64,000 nt of DNA, from assembly GCA_021813765.1 (NCBI GenBank), contig JAKAJM010000003.1, forward strand, positions 8,883-72,882. Reading direction: 5' to 3'. Both the position numbers and the translations under genes were made by a program. Each line of letters starts with the position of its first letter. Position 1 is the stretch's first letter. This DNA is from Nitrospirota bacterium (GTDB taxonomy: Bacteria; Nitrospirota; Thermodesulfovibrionia; Thermodesulfovibrionales; JdFR-88). Positions 35,474 through 45,762 of this stretch are shown here, in pieces. The notes beneath the pieces were generated by a model. It was given only the letters and a program-made list of their open reading frames with translations, made no database searches and was not told the origin of the DNA.

Positions 35474-36364
35474 TCAGGACGGAGGGCGGTGGCTGCTGAA
35501 GTAATGGGCCAGTATCCTTTCCATGTTCATGGCCGCCGAGCCCTTCGCATTTATAATGTACATGCCTGCCCCGATGCTGAAAAGCTCTTTGTGAAGTCTT
35601 TCCGGGCGGGGGCCGGGGGAAGGCAGCGCTTCCTCGAACATGGGGACTATCTTGTCCTTCATCCTCAGTTCCGTGTCCATGAAAAAGACCGATATGTCCG
35701 GCGCCAGCCCTCTTGCCCTTTCCAGGAACGCCGCTATCTCATTTGGATATATCTGTTTCGGAGGAGAGGACTTTACCTCCATATATAAAAGCAAACCGTC
35801 CAGCCTGGCAACGACGTCATAATCTCCGCCCACCCCGTGGCCGGTCCCCGCTTTCCTTTTGAGCTTTACCCCCCATTCCGCCTGGGCCTGGAACTCGCGC
35901 CGGAGGAGCTGGGCGGTGAACCACTCAAGCGTGGCCCCGAAGCTCTTTATCCCCCCCGGTTTTTCATGCCCCTGGATATTTTTTCTTATAAGGCGGTAAT
36001 GGCTGTCCTCTTCCTCAAGCATTCCGGCCTCAAGGAGATATTTCGTGTACTCGCCCGTGACGCCTGCGGTGGCGTAACGGGTGATCCCCTCTATCGTAAA
36101 AAACCCCTCCTGGCGCTTTATCACGTCCCTCAGGAAAAGCCTGAAAGAGTAGCGCTTCATGGCCTCATACCAGCTGTCCACGGCATCCGGGTCCGCGGGC
36201 ACCAGCAGGTCATCGGCCGGCGCCTTTTTGTATATCTCGAACCCCCTCCTTTTAAGGAGCGCCTCAAGGGATGGAGTGCAGAGGGAAAGCATGGTCCTCA
36301 AACGCTTTACCTCTGCCCGCAAAAGCTCCAGTTCTTCCCAGTCTGAAAACTGTTCCATGTACAT
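35474..36364 (-). CDS. Hypothetical protein: N-terminal coiled coil, wHTH-like middle, PD-(D/E)xK-nuclease-like C-terminal half
   Basis: 296 aa. 'GGDYDVVARLDGLLLYMEVKSS' has the D...(E)xK arrangement of restriction-endonuclease-fold proteins. I recognise no family. Confidence 0.55.
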   Translation of the reverse strand: MYMEQFSDWEELELLRAEVKRLRTMLSLCTPSLEALLKRRGFEIYKKAPADDLLVPADPDAVDSWYEAMKRYSFRLFLRDVIKRQEGFFTIEGITRYATAGVTGEYTKYLLEAGMLEEEDSHYRLIRKNIQGHEKPGGIKSFGATLEWFTAQLLRREFQAQAEWGVKLKRKAGTGHGVGGDYDVVARLDGLLLYMEVKSSPPKQIYPNEIAAFLERARGLAPDISVFFMDTELRMKDKIVPMFEEALPSPGPRPERLHKELFSIGAGMYIINAKGSAAMNMERILAHYFSSHRPPS

Positions 36365-36493
36365 AGAAAGGTTACCACAGAACGGGCGCGCTCCCTTCGC
36401 ACGGCTTTACACCGCAGGCCCCCTGTGTTAAAATCATTCATCTTCTTGTTTATCTGAGCGCGTAAAAAAGAAACGAAAAAAGAAAACGGAAAA

Positions 36494-37426
36494 ATGTCCA
36501 GGCCATATGCTATAGGAGTCGACCTCGGTGGGACCAATCTCCGCGCTGCTCTCGTTACACGCGAGGGAGAGGTAGTAAAAAAGATAAAGGAGCCCTCCAC
36601 AGGGCTGGCCGGCGGAGATGTTATCCGCCTGCTGAAAAATGCGATAGACCAGTTAATGTCACCTGACGTGAAAGGCATAGGCATTGGGGTTGCGGGGGTG
36701 CTTGACCGCGAGGAGAAGATGATAACCATATCCCCAAACATCCCGCCGCTTACGGGGTTTTCCTTCAAAGAGTTCCACTATCCGATCCCTCTTTATGTGG
36801 AAAACGATGCCAACGCCGCAGCCCTTGGCGAGGCCTGCGCCGGGGCGGGCAAGAATTTCAAGAACTTCGTCCTTATGACGCTGGGCACCGGCATCGGAGG
36901 GGGCATAATATACGGCGGGAAGCTCCTCAAGATGGCCGCCGAGGTGGGGCATATGAGCATAGTGGCCGACGGCAAGAAGTGCTTTTGCGGCAACAACGGG
37001 TGCCTTGAGCTGTTTTCCTCGGCGCGCGCCATAATCGCCTCAGTCATAGAGGCCCTGGAAGGCGGTGCGGAGAGCCTGCTTCGGGAATGCTGCGAAGGCA
37101 AGATATACCGGATAACCCCGGAAGACGTCTACAAGGCTGCCTTTGAGGAGGGCGACAGCCTTTCAAGGGAAGTGCTGAGAGAGGCCGGAAGATACCTTGG
37201 GGTGGGTATAGCCAACATAATAAACATCACCAGCCCTGAGGCCGTCATACTGGCCGGAGGGCTTATAGGCTCCTGGAACATCTATGTGGACGAGGCGATA
37301 AAGGAGGCCTCCAAGAGGGCCTTTAAAAGCCTTTTCCAGAAAGTCAGCATCATACCCGCCTCCCTTGGGGATGAGGCCGGCATCGTTGGAGCAGCCAGTC
37401 TCGTCTTTAATCCGTCGGCCGATTAA
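36494..37426 (+). CDS. glk: ROK-family glucokinase
   Basis: 310 aa. It has 'IGVDLGGTNLRAAL', 'ENDANAAALGE' and the Zn motif 'CFCGNNGCLE'. Confidence 0.88.
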   Translation: MSRPYAIGVDLGGTNLRAALVTREGEVVKKIKEPSTGLAGGDVIRLLKNAIDQLMSPDVKGIGIGVAGVLDREEKMITISPNIPPLTGFSFKEFHYPIPLYVENDANAAALGEACAGAGKNFKNFVLMTLGTGIGGGIIYGGKLLKMAAEVGHMSIVADGKKCFCGNNGCLELFSSARAIIASVIEALEGGAESLLRECCEGKIYRITPEDVYKAAFEEGDSLSREVLREAGRYLGVGIANIINITSPEAVILAGGLIGSWNIYVDEAIKEASKRAFKSLFQKVSIIPASLGDEAGIVGAASLVFNPSAD

Positions 37427-37574
37427 GGTAAACAAGGAGAAAAAACCGGACCAGAAGGGGCAAGCCCAGGCCCTTTGCGTCGCGATCATGCCGGAGCACC
37501 ACTTGGCGGAAGGTCTCGGCCGTACCCGGAAAATTCCCAAAAAGGAAAAGATTTTTTTATAATAAAACGATCAA

Positions 37575-39371
37575 ATGCCCAAGAATATCAGGAATTTCTC
37601 CATAGTTGCCCATATTGACCACGGTAAATCGACGATAGCCGACCGGCTGCTGGAGTTTACCGGAGCGCTTTCCCAGCGGGAGATGATGGCCCAGGTGCTT
37701 GACTCTATGGACCTTGAGCGCGAGCGCGGCATTACCATAAAGGCGCACGCGGTAAGGCTCACCTACAAGGCGCGGGACGGGCAGGAATATATGCTGAACC
37801 TGATAGATACGCCAGGCCACGTGGACTTTTCCTATGAGGTATCGAGGAGCCTGGCCTCCTGTGAGGGGGCGCTCCTTGTCATAGATGCCACGCAGGGGGT
37901 GGAGGCACAGACGATCGCAAACGCCTATCTTGCTATAGAAAACGACCTGGAGATAGTCCCGGTTATAAACAAGATAGACCTCCCGCAGTCGGACCCGGAA
38001 AGAGTGATCGCCCAGCTCGGGGAGACCATCCCCATAGATGCCTCTAACCCCATTCTGGCCAGCGCAAAGGCGGGCACCGGCATAGGGGACATACTGGAGG
38101 CGGTGGTCAAGAAGATACCACCTCCGAAGGGGGACGACAACGCTCCGCTCAAGGCGCTCATATTCGATTCCTGGTTCGATGCCTATCGCGGGGTCATCAC
38201 GCTTGTAAGGGTCTTTGACGGCGTTGTGCAGGCGGGGATGAAAATAAGGCTTATGGGTGCGGGCAAGGACTACGAGGTAGGAGAAGTGGGCGTGTTCACC
38301 CCCAAGATACTGCCTACCGGCAGGCTTGGCTCGGGCGAGGTGGGGTACATAATTGCGGGCATAAAGAATGTGGCGGACACGCGGGTCGGGGACACGATCA
38401 CCGGGGCTGAAAACCCTGCCGCCCACAGGCTGCCAGGCTACCGGGAGGCAAGGCCCATGGTATATTGCGGGCTTTACCCCACGGAGCACCACCAGTACGC
38501 CGCCCTGAAAGCGGCGCTCGAAAAACTTAAGTTAAACGACGCCTCCTTCACCTTCGAGCCTGAAAGCTCGCAGGCGCTTGGTTTTGGGTTCCGGTGCGGG
38601 TTCCTGGGGCTCCTGCACATGGAGATAATAAGGGAGAGGCTCGAGCGTGAATTCGGCCTCGCCCTGATAAGCACAACCCCCACCGTCATCTACAGGGCGG
38701 TTGATGACGAAGGGAACGAAAAGGCACTGATCGACAGCCCCTCCAAGTGGGACAATTCGGAAAAAAATGTGCAGGAGCCGTACGTAAAGGCGGTCATCTT
38801 CGTGCCGGAGACGTATCTTGGCGCGGTGTTTGACCTGTGCCGGGCTAGAAGGGGTGTCCAGAAGGATTTCAATTACATAGGCAAAGACAGGGTGATGCTC
38901 ACCTACGAGCTGCCCATGAACGAGATATTGTGGGACTTTTTCGACAAGCTCAAGTCCATGACCAAGGGGTATGCCTCCCTGGACTACGAATTCATAGGGT
39001 ACAGGGACGCGGACCTTGTGCGCGTGGACATCATGCTAAACGGCGAGCCGGTGGACGCGCTGGCCCTCATAGTACCAAAGGAAAAGTCATATTTCCTTGC
39101 CCGGCAGGTGGTCGAGAAACTGAGAGGGGTCATCCCCAGGCATATGTTCGAGGTCGCAATCCAGGCTGCAATAGGCAGCAGGGTCATCGCCAGGGAAACT
39201 GTGCGCGCGCTCCGAAAAGACGTTACTGCCAAATGTTACGGCGGGGACATAACCAGGAAGCGCAAGCTCCTGGAAAAACAGAGGGAAGGCAAGAGGAAGA
39301 TGAAGCAGGTGGGCAGGGTGGAGGTGCCGCAGGAGGCTTTCCTGGCGGTTTTACAACTGGAAGACAAATAG
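37575..39371 (+). CDS. lepA: Elongation factor 4 (LepA)
   Basis: 598 aa. It carries '[22 protein letters not shown]', 'DTPGHVDF' and 'NKIDL', and has the LepA-specific C-terminal domain. Confidence 0.98.
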   Translation: MPKNIRNFSIVAHIDHGKSTIADRLLEFTGALSQREMMAQVLDSMDLERERGITIKAHAVRLTYKARDGQEYMLNLIDTPGHVDFSYEVSRSLASCEGALLVIDATQGVEAQTIANAYLAIENDLEIVPVINKIDLPQSDPERVIAQLGETIPIDASNPILASAKAGTGIGDILEAVVKKIPPPKGDDNAPLKALIFDSWFDAYRGVITLVRVFDGVVQAGMKIRLMGAGKDYEVGEVGVFTPKILPTGRLGSGEVGYIIAGIKNVADTRVGDTITGAENPAAHRLPGYREARPMVYCGLYPTEHHQYAALKAALEKLKLNDASFTFEPESSQALGFGFRCGFLGLLHMEIIRERLEREFGLALISTTPTVIYRAVDDEGNEKALIDSPSKWDNSEKNVQEPYVKAVIFVPETYLGAVFDLCRARRGVQKDFNYIGKDRVMLTYELPMNEILWDFFDKLKSMTKGYASLDYEFIGYRDADLVRVDIMLNGEPVDALALIVPKEKSYFLARQVVEKLRGVIPRHMFEVAIQAAIGSRVIARETVRALRKDVTAKCYGGDITRKRKLLEKQREGKRKMKQVGRVEVPQEAFLAVLQLEDK

Positions 39372-39426
39372 ATTATATTAAAGCTGTCTCTAGCCAGACA
39401 AAGAAAAAAACAAAAAATTAATTAAA

Positions 39427-40098
39427 TTGAAAACCTCAGAGAAGACCGGGATGAACAAAGAAAAAACACAGGTAAAGAGCTTAAAGCGGGTAATCTGGGA
39501 ATATGCCGAAGCCATAGTCACCGCCCTGATACTCGCTCTCATTATAAGGACCTACGTGGTGCAGGCCTTCAAGATACCGTCAGGGTCTATGGAGCCCACC
39601 CTGCTTGTGGGGGACCATATCCTCGTAAACAAGTTCATATACGGCACGGAACTGCCGTTCTCCCATAAAAGGGTGCTTGCGGTAAGAAAGCCCGAAAGGG
39701 GGGACGTGATAGTCTTCGAGTATCCGGGAGACCTGTCGAAGGATTTCATAAAAAGGGTCATCGGCATACCGGGGGATGTGGTCACGGAGAAAAACAAGGT
39801 CGTCTACGTGAACGGCAAGCGCACGGCAGATTTCTTTACCCAGCATACGGATCCAGACGACAAGCCGGCGAATCTGGACCCCAGGGACAATTTCGGGCCG
39901 GTCGTGGTGCCGCCCGGGGAGTATTTTGTCATGGGAGATAACCGTGACGAAAGCTATGACAGCCGTTATTGGGGGTTCGTCCCCATGAAGGACATAAAAG
40001 GGGAGGCGTTCGTTATTTACTGGTCGTGGAACGGCAAAAAGATGAGGCCCCGGTGGGGTCGGACGGGCGAGGCCATCCGCAGTGTCAGGCTGGAGTAA
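39427..40098 (+). CDS. lepB: Signal peptidase I
   Basis: It has the catalytic Ser box 'IPSGSMEPTL', the Lys box 'KRVIGIPGD' and 'GDNRDESYDSRYWG'. The start is TTG 39427 or ATG 39451. Confidence 0.93.
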   Translation: MKTSEKTGMNKEKTQVKSLKRVIWEYAEAIVTALILALIIRTYVVQAFKIPSGSMEPTLLVGDHILVNKFIYGTELPFSHKRVLAVRKPERGDVIVFEYPGDLSKDFIKRVIGIPGDVVTEKNKVVYVNGKRTADFFTQHTDPDDKPANLDPRDNFGPVVVPPGEYFVMGDNRDESYDSRYWGFVPMKDIKGEAFVIYWSWNGKKMRPRWGRTGEAIRSVRLE

Positions 40099-40423
40099 GG
40101 GCCTTTTCTGTCTCGGGGTGTTCATTGCCGCCCTCTATGCCGGCTCGCAGTACGGAATGCCCTATTTTAGGTATTACAGGCTCAAGTCCGATGTCTCCGA
40201 GATCGTGAGATTTCCGGGCTACAGCGCGGCTGACATCAAGGCCAGGATATTGGAAAAGGCCGCGGAGGACGGGGTGACGCTTGACCCGGACGACGTCTAC
40301 GTGCAGGTCTATGGCCAGCACTTCGATGCGCAGGCAAGCTGGAGTGAGGAAGTGGACCTGTTTGGCCGTTACAAAAGGCGGTTGAACTTCGCCTTCGACG
40401 TAAACGCGGGCGGAGGGAATTAG
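40082..40423 (+). CDS. Small N-terminally anchored membrane protein (possibly DUF4845-like), hypothetical
   Basis: 113 aa. The GTG start overlaps the lepB 3' end by 17 nt. One TM is present, 'LFCLGVFIAALYAGSQYG'. A similar small gene follows lepB in other bacteria, as far as I recall. Confidence 0.5.
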   Translation: MSGWSKGLFCLGVFIAALYAGSQYGMPYFRYYRLKSDVSEIVRFPGYSAADIKARILEKAAEDGVTLDPDDVYVQVYGQHFDAQASWSEEVDLFGRYKRRLNFAFDVNAGGGN

Positions 40424-40428
40424 AAAAA

Positions 40429-41082
40429 ATGTTTACAGGGCTGGTCGTGGAGCTGGGGACGGTGGCCGCCCTGAAGCTGTCTTCTTCAGGCGCAAAGCTC
40501 TCGGTCAGCGCCCCGGAGGTTTCAAAAGGGGTTGTGCTGGGCGGGAGCGTCTCCGTTAACGGGGCGTGTCTGACGGTAACGGCCATTAACGGCCAGACCC
40601 TGGAGTTCGACATCTCCGCGGAGACCCTGCGCAGCACAAGCCTGGGAGGACTTAAGCCCGGGGACAGGGTCAACCTGGAGCCCGCTTTAAGGGCGCAGGA
40701 TTCCCTCGGGGGGCACATTGTCAGCGGGCATGTAGATGTCGTGGGCAGTATACGCTCAAAGACCAGGGCGGGAGATGCCTGGAAGGTGGAGATAAAGGCG
40801 TCTGCCGGCTTCGTGGGCCTGCTGGTGCAGAAAGGCTCCGTTACGGTGGACGGCATAAGCCTGACGGTGGTCGACCTTCTGGAGGACGCCTTTACAGTGG
40901 TCATAATACCGCATACGGCACGCAACACGACGATAGGGTTCAAGGAGCCCCCGTCACCGGTGAACCTGGAGGCGGACATCATAGGCAAATACGTCGCCAG
41001 GTTTTTGGAAAGGATGCAGCCGGGACAGCGCAAGAGCGGGATCACGATGGAATCGCTGAGGGATTTTGGCTTTATTTCATAA
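40429..41082 (+). CDS. ribE: Riboflavin synthase (alpha chain)
   Basis: 217 aa. 'MFTGLV' at the N-terminus, 'GGSVSVNGACLTV' and a duplicated 'GSVTVDGISLTV' show the two-barrel repeat. Confidence 0.95.
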   Translation: MFTGLVVELGTVAALKLSSSGAKLSVSAPEVSKGVVLGGSVSVNGACLTVTAINGQTLEFDISAETLRSTSLGGLKPGDRVNLEPALRAQDSLGGHIVSGHVDVVGSIRSKTRAGDAWKVEIKASAGFVGLLVQKGSVTVDGISLTVVDLLEDAFTVVIIPHTARNTTIGFKEPPSPVNLEADIIGKYVARFLERMQPGQRKSGITMESLRDFGFIS

Positions 41083-41188
41083 AATGGACGGCAAGCATGC
41101 CCGAAGGGCGGCGAGCGATCGTAAATAAAAAAATGTTGGACGTCTCTGCATTCGAGGCCCAAAGGGTCTGAAAAGGAAAACAAAGATC

Positions 41189-42430
41189 ATGGACAGGAAA
41201 GGCAAAGGTGACGGCGAAGTGGAAAGGCCTGGCTTCGATACCATAGAAGACGCCATAAAAGATATAGCCGATGGCAAGATGGTCATCCTGGTGGACGATG
41301 AGGACAGGGAAAACGAGGGGGACCTGTGCATGGCGGCCACAGAGGTGACCGCCGCGGACATTAATTTCATGGCAAAGCACGGCAGGGGTCTGATCTGTCT
41401 GACGCTGATGCCCGAGCGGGTGAATTATCTTAATCTGCCGATGATGGCGGATGTGAACACCTCTTCCTTCGGGACGGCCTTTACGGTGTCCATAGAGGCA
41501 AAAAAGGGTGTTACCACCGGCATCTCCGCCCATGACAGGGCCGTAACGATAAAAACGGCCATAGACCCGAAAACAAAGCCGGAGGACCTGGCCAGGCCGG
41601 GGCATGTATTTCCCCTGAAAGCCAAGCCGGGAGGGGTGCTCCAGCGTGCGGGGCAGACGGAGGGCTCGGTGGACCTGGCGCGGCTTGCCGGCCTTTACCC
41701 TGCCGGGGTCATCTGCGAGATCATGAGCGACGACGGCACCATGGCCCGCGTGCCGGAGCTTATCCAGTTTTCAAAGAAGCACGGCCTCCGGCTGGTGACC
41801 ATAAAGGACCTGATAAATTACCGCATGCGGAACGAGAGTTTCGTCACCAGGGTGGCAAACGTCTCCATGCCCACCGAGTACGGAGAGTTCCGGGCGATCG
41901 CCTACAACAACATAGTGGACCAGAATACCCACCTTGCGCTGGTGAAAGGGGAGATAAAGCCCGGGGACAAGGTGCTTGTCCGCGTGCATTCCGAGTGTCT
42001 CACCGGGGACGTTTTCGGCTCCAGGCGGTGCGACTGCGGCTGGCAGCTCCAGGCGGCAATGAAGATGATAGAGAAAGAGGGGAAGGGCATCATCCTCTAC
42101 ATGCGGCAGGAGGGGCGGGGGATAGGACTTGCAAGCAAGCTGCAGGCATATGAGCTCCAGGAAAAAGGGCTGGACACCGTGGAGGCCAACCTTAAGCTGG
42201 GCTTCAAGGCGGACCTCAGGGACTATGGCATAGGCGCCCAGATACTTGTGGATCTGGGAGTGCGGGACATGCGCCTGATAACGAACAACCCCAAAAAGAT
42301 AATCGGCCTGGAGGGCTATGGGCTGCGGGTGGTCGAAAGGGTGCCCATCCAGATGAAGCCGCATGAAAAAAACGTGCTCTACCTTCAGACCAAGAAAAAG
42401 AAGCTGGGGCACATGCTGGACAACCTGTAG
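41189..42430 (+). CDS. ribBA: Bifunctional 3,4-dihydroxy-2-butanone-4-phosphate synthase / GTP cyclohydrolase II
   Basis: 413 aa. It has '[11 protein letters not shown]', '[19 protein letters not shown]' and '[11 protein letters not shown]'. Confidence 0.96.
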   Translation: MDRKGKGDGEVERPGFDTIEDAIKDIADGKMVILVDDEDRENEGDLCMAATEVTAADINFMAKHGRGLICLTLMPERVNYLNLPMMADVNTSSFGTAFTVSIEAKKGVTTGISAHDRAVTIKTAIDPKTKPEDLARPGHVFPLKAKPGGVLQRAGQTEGSVDLARLAGLYPAGVICEIMSDDGTMARVPELIQFSKKHGLRLVTIKDLINYRMRNESFVTRVANVSMPTEYGEFRAIAYNNIVDQNTHLALVKGEIKPGDKVLVRVHSECLTGDVFGSRRCDCGWQLQAAMKMIEKEGKGIILYMRQEGRGIGLASKLQAYELQEKGLDTVEANLKLGFKADLRDYGIGAQILVDLGVRDMRLITNNPKKIIGLEGYGLRVVERVPIQMKPHEKNVLYLQTKKKKLGHMLDNL

Positions 42431-42547
42431 AGCAGGGAAACAAAAAAGGCGTTTTAAGCCGCTCATGGGGCGGAGTGCCTTTGCTCTGCATAAAACAAAA
42501 GATGGTCGGGCCTGGAAAAATTAAAAAGTCAGGCGGTGGGGTATCCG

Positions 42548-43315
42548 ATGTTTGTCCTTAAAAAAGCCATCTCGCCTTTTCTGCTGCCTCCGGGGCTGTT
42601 CGTCCTCATCCTGATATGCTCGGGCCTGTTCTTTTTCAGAAGGTCTTTCAGGATGGGCATGCTTAATATCATGACCGGCCTTTTGATCTGGCTTCTTTCC
42701 ATCACCCCCGTTAGCGACAGGCTGATGAGCGGGCTTGAGGCCGGGCTCAGGCATCCCGTACACCCGGCAGGCGACGTCATAGTCATGCTTGGCGGAGGGG
42801 TATCCGGCAATGTGCCCATGTCTGATACCATGGGCAGGATAGTGACCGCAGCCAGCCTGTACAGGGTCTTGCGTGTCCCCATTATTATCTCCGGGGGTGC
42901 GGTGCACCCCTGGCAGAAAGCAGAGGCGCCCATGGACGCGCGCTATCTGGAAAACCTTGGCGTGCCGGAAAAAGACCTGATACTTGAAGACAAGAGCAGG
43001 GACACGCTTGAAAACGCAATTTATGTAAGGAAGATATGCGAGGCCCGGCACTTCGCCGCCCCGCTCCTTGTGACTTCAGCCTACCACATGAAACGTTCCC
43101 TGCTTTGCTTCAGACACGAAAAAATGCGCGTTACCGCGGTGCCTTCCGGCCTGGAGGCGGCAAACGCCCGGTACGGCTGGTCGTCCTACCTGCCATCGGA
43201 GCTGGACAGGTCCGGAACTTTTCTTCATGAATACCTGGGGATGGCTTATGAAAAGCTGGTCTTTAAGACAGAAGGCGTCCTTGGCATGCTTCGCTCCGCA
43301 AGAGAAAGCCTGTGA
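42548..43315 (+). CDS. YdcF/ElyC-like DUF218 domain protein
   Basis: It has N-terminal TMs, then 'GDVIVMLGGG', 'PIIISGG' and 'LVTSAYHMKRS', which are typical of DUF218. The start is ATG 42548 or GTG 42536. Confidence 0.75.
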   Translation: MFVLKKAISPFLLPPGLFVLILICSGLFFFRRSFRMGMLNIMTGLLIWLLSITPVSDRLMSGLEAGLRHPVHPAGDVIVMLGGGVSGNVPMSDTMGRIVTAASLYRVLRVPIIISGGAVHPWQKAEAPMDARYLENLGVPEKDLILEDKSRDTLENAIYVRKICEARHFAAPLLVTSAYHMKRSLLCFRHEKMRVTAVPSGLEAANARYGWSSYLPSELDRSGTFLHEYLGMAYEKLVFKTEGVLGMLRSARESL

Positions 43316-43317
43316 CC

Positions 43318-44862
43318 TTAACCGCCTTGCCCTATCTTGTCCAGGTGGCTGCAGATCTCTTCGAGCAGGCCTTCCTGCTCATGAATCAGTTCCAAAGCTC
43401 TCTGCCTGTTTCCCGCATTGCTCTCGCTTATCGCGTTTGTGGCCGCATCATGGTAGCGCAGGTGCAGTTCCTTCATGATGCCGAAGCTGGGTGAGCCATC
43501 ATATTTTTTCCTGCTACTTGCGGTCCATGCGCATACCTTGCAGTCCGCAACTGAAGGGATAATTGACGGGTCCGTCCGCTGTCCGTTGACAACGCAGTTT
43601 CTGACCTTTCCGTACATGATCCTGTGGCCGTCCTTGAGGGTGGTCAGCATCACCGCGTCATCGCCGGTATTGAACTTCAGGGCTACTGCCCGGAGGTTTA
43701 CTATTACGCTAAGCAGTGAATTTATCTCGCTGATGATCGTCTGTGAATAATTGTCCACTTCCTCCGCGATATGGGAAGCTCCCTCGATGTTTCTGGCTAT
43801 GTCTTCCGATGTGGCCGACTGCTGCTCCACCGCGCTTGCGATCTGCATGACCTGGTCGCTTACATCGTGTGTGGCCTTGACTATCTCCTGCAGGGGTGCC
43901 CTGAGATCCCTCATAAGACCGGTTATCTTTCCGACGCTGGCCTGGGCGACGTTCATGGAATCCGAAGTGAGGCGGGAGTCTTCCTGCACAGCCCCGATTT
44001 TTTCAGAAATTTCGCCTGTCGCCTTTATGGTTCTTTCGGCAAGCTTCCTGACCTCATCTGCGACAACCGCAAAACCCCTGCCCTGCTCCCCAGCCCTCGC
44101 GGCCTCTATTGCAGCGTTCAGGGCCAGCAGGTTTGTCTGGTCTGCTATGTCCTTGATCAAGATGACTATCTCGCCGATCTCGCCCGCGCGGCCGTTTAGC
44201 CTTTCCACCAGGCCGGCCAGATCCGCAGTTGAATTCTGTACTTGCGTAATGGTCTGAACGGCATTTTCGGCCACCGTCTGGCAGCTTTGCGCGATCTTCC
44301 TGGCCTCCTGGGAAGCGTTGGCAGCCGCGGACGCGTTGTTCGAGATGGATGTTATGGTGCTGCTCATCTCCGCCGCGGCGGCAGCGATCGCGGTTGCCTG
44401 CCCGGCCTGGAGCTGCGTTTTCTCCCGGGCCGTGTCCGCATTTTTTCGCACGGAATCGGCGCTTGTAATGACTCCGCTTATAGCCATGACCATCTGGTTG
44501 ATGACGTCCGCGAAGTACCGTATGGTTTTATTGATGGCCTCCCCGGTCCTGCGTGCTGCCGCCTCGTGTCTGCTTGCATCGAGTAGGTCGGCCAGGTTCC
44601 CGCTGCTCATCATGTCAATCTTTTTCTCTATATCTTCCAGTGCCCTTGCAGAGCCGGTTATGCTAAGGACGACGGGCGCCCACAGGACGGCTGTCAGCAG
44701 GCATATGAGAAAACATAGCAGCACGAGCGACCTGTCAGGCAAACCGTATCTTGACCAGTAGGAAAAAACGGACGCGAGCATCCCCGCTCCCACAAGCGCG
44801 GTAAATCCGAGCAGGGCGATCCTGAATAAGACGCTGAACCTTGATAGAAATCGGACCATCAA
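43318..44862 (-). CDS. Methyl-accepting chemotaxis protein with C-terminal CZB-like (zinc-binding) domain
   Basis: 514 aa. It has two N-terminal TMs with almost no periplasmic loop. The MCP signalling hairpin '[38 protein letters not shown]' is present. The C-terminal 'H....Y...CKVCAW...HLRYH' fits the CZB H/C/HxxxH pattern. Confidence 0.88.
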   Translation of the reverse strand: MMVRFLSRFSVLFRIALLGFTALVGAGMLASVFSYWSRYGLPDRSLVLLCFLICLLTAVLWAPVVLSITGSARALEDIEKKIDMMSSGNLADLLDASRHEAAARRTGEAINKTIRYFADVINQMVMAISGVITSADSVRKNADTAREKTQLQAGQATAIAAAAAEMSSTITSISNNASAAANASQEARKIAQSCQTVAENAVQTITQVQNSTADLAGLVERLNGRAGEIGEIVILIKDIADQTNLLALNAAIEAARAGEQGRGFAVVADEVRKLAERTIKATGEISEKIGAVQEDSRLTSDSMNVAQASVGKITGLMRDLRAPLQEIVKATHDVSDQVMQIASAVEQQSATSEDIARNIEGASHIAEEVDNYSQTIISEINSLLSVIVNLRAVALKFNTGDDAVMLTTLKDGHRIMYGKVRNCVVNGQRTDPSIIPSVADCKVCAWTASSRKKYDGSPSFGIMKELHLRYHDAATNAISESNAGNRQRALELIHEQEGLLEEICSHLDKIGQGG

Positions 44863-45078
44863 TTTCCTCCGGATATTGGTTGGGCGGTAAAGAAGGGCAT
44901 GACACGATCAGAAACAGGAAGGACATTTTCTTTCTTCATAAATGAAATTTATCTTAGCAAAAAGACTCCCGGCGATTTGTGATATGGATCACGAAAAGCC
45001 GCTTTCATGGCCGCAAGTTCGGTTTTCCGGGCAAAAAAATTGCGTGGGAGCGGAAAAATGGCCGGGAGAAATTCCTTC

Positions 45079-45216
45079 CTAGTGCAGGAACTGATAGATG
45101 GCCAGCAAGCCTACAAGAAGGCCGCCTATGAGAATTATCACGTATTCCAGCCTGTAGTCCGGTTCATTTTTGCGGGCGGGCAACTCTCCTTTTTTGCAGC
45201 GTTTTAAGGCTGGCAT
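45079..45216 (-). CDS. Possible 45-aa membrane peptide (MPALKRCKKGELPARKNEPDYRLEYVIILIGGLLVGLLAIYQFLH)
   Basis: This ORF is below the ORF-track cutoff. A GGGAGAG motif lies about 7 nt upstream of the ATG. It has one clear TM. There is no other support. Confidence 0.25.
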   Translation of the reverse strand: MPALKRCKKGELPARKNEPDYRLEYVIILIGGLLVGLLAIYQFLH

Positions 45217-45513
45217 TTCTTTTCTCTCCCTTCTTGCCTAACGGGCGAATTTTTATTGCCTCATTACCACACAAGGGAAAAGCGAAAGCCTTAAGTCATG
45301 ACACGCTCTTTTGAAACGGAGCAATTAAAATCCAGGGGACAGTTCCAATAAAGACCATACTCCCCTCTGTTTCTCCCCGCAATAACCCAAAAGGGTTATG
45401 GGCTAAATTTTTTTTCTTTGAAGAAGACCCGGGGCGAGGGATAAAGCGGATGAGAAAGACTTGAATAATAAGGATTTTTTTAAGTGAGGCCCCCTCAGGC
45501 AAGGCTTTTGCCG

Positions 45514-45750
45514 CTACAGGTTGCCCCTTTTTGCGAGTTCTTTTTCTATCAGGGCCATACGCTCCTTGTACTGCCTGCATTCCTCATCGAACTCCTCCTG
45601 CATGTTGGTGACCTTTTCCGCGCTTATATGGACCGGGGTCTTTTGAAAGGTGAAAGTATGGACCTCTTCCATATCGCAAAGTTCCTCCTTGAGCCGTTGG
45701 AACTCTGCCTTTAACTGCTCCGTGGTGAGATTTTCAATTTTGTTTTCCAT
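45514..45750 (-). CDS. Small coiled-coil protein (78 aa), hypothetical
   Basis: The gene starts 12 nt after the methyltransferase stop on the same strand. It is highly charged with heptad-like sequence. Confidence 0.5.
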   Translation of the reverse strand: MENKIENLTTEQLKAEFQRLKEELCDMEEVHTFTFQKTPVHISAEKVTNMQEEFDEECRQYKERMALIEKELAKRGNL

Positions 45751-45762
45751 GGGTGCCCGGCC

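Noticed and set aside
37557-38492. 311-aa minus-strand ORF
   Set aside because: It is antisense to lepA and has shadow-ORF composition.
40236-41183. 315-aa minus-strand ORF
   Set aside because: It is antisense to ribE and the small membrane-protein gene. It is Ser/Pro/Arg-rich and has no motifs.
41083-41188. Looked for an FMN riboswitch between ribE and ribBA, and upstream of ribE
   Set aside because: The spacer is too short, and it lacks the conserved FMN-element helices and sequence. Upstream of ribE the DNA is coding.
45007-45207. 66-aa plus-strand ORF in the MCP upstream region
   Set aside because: It has no SD and an odd composition. The opposite strand holds a more plausible, though still weak, 45-aa TM peptide.
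45382-45415. ataaccc-aaaa-gggttat hairpin followed 8 nt later by a T8 run (possible sRNA terminator)
   Set aside because: The stem is only 7 bp and AT-rich. The U-tract is not adjacent. No upstream promoter was identified.
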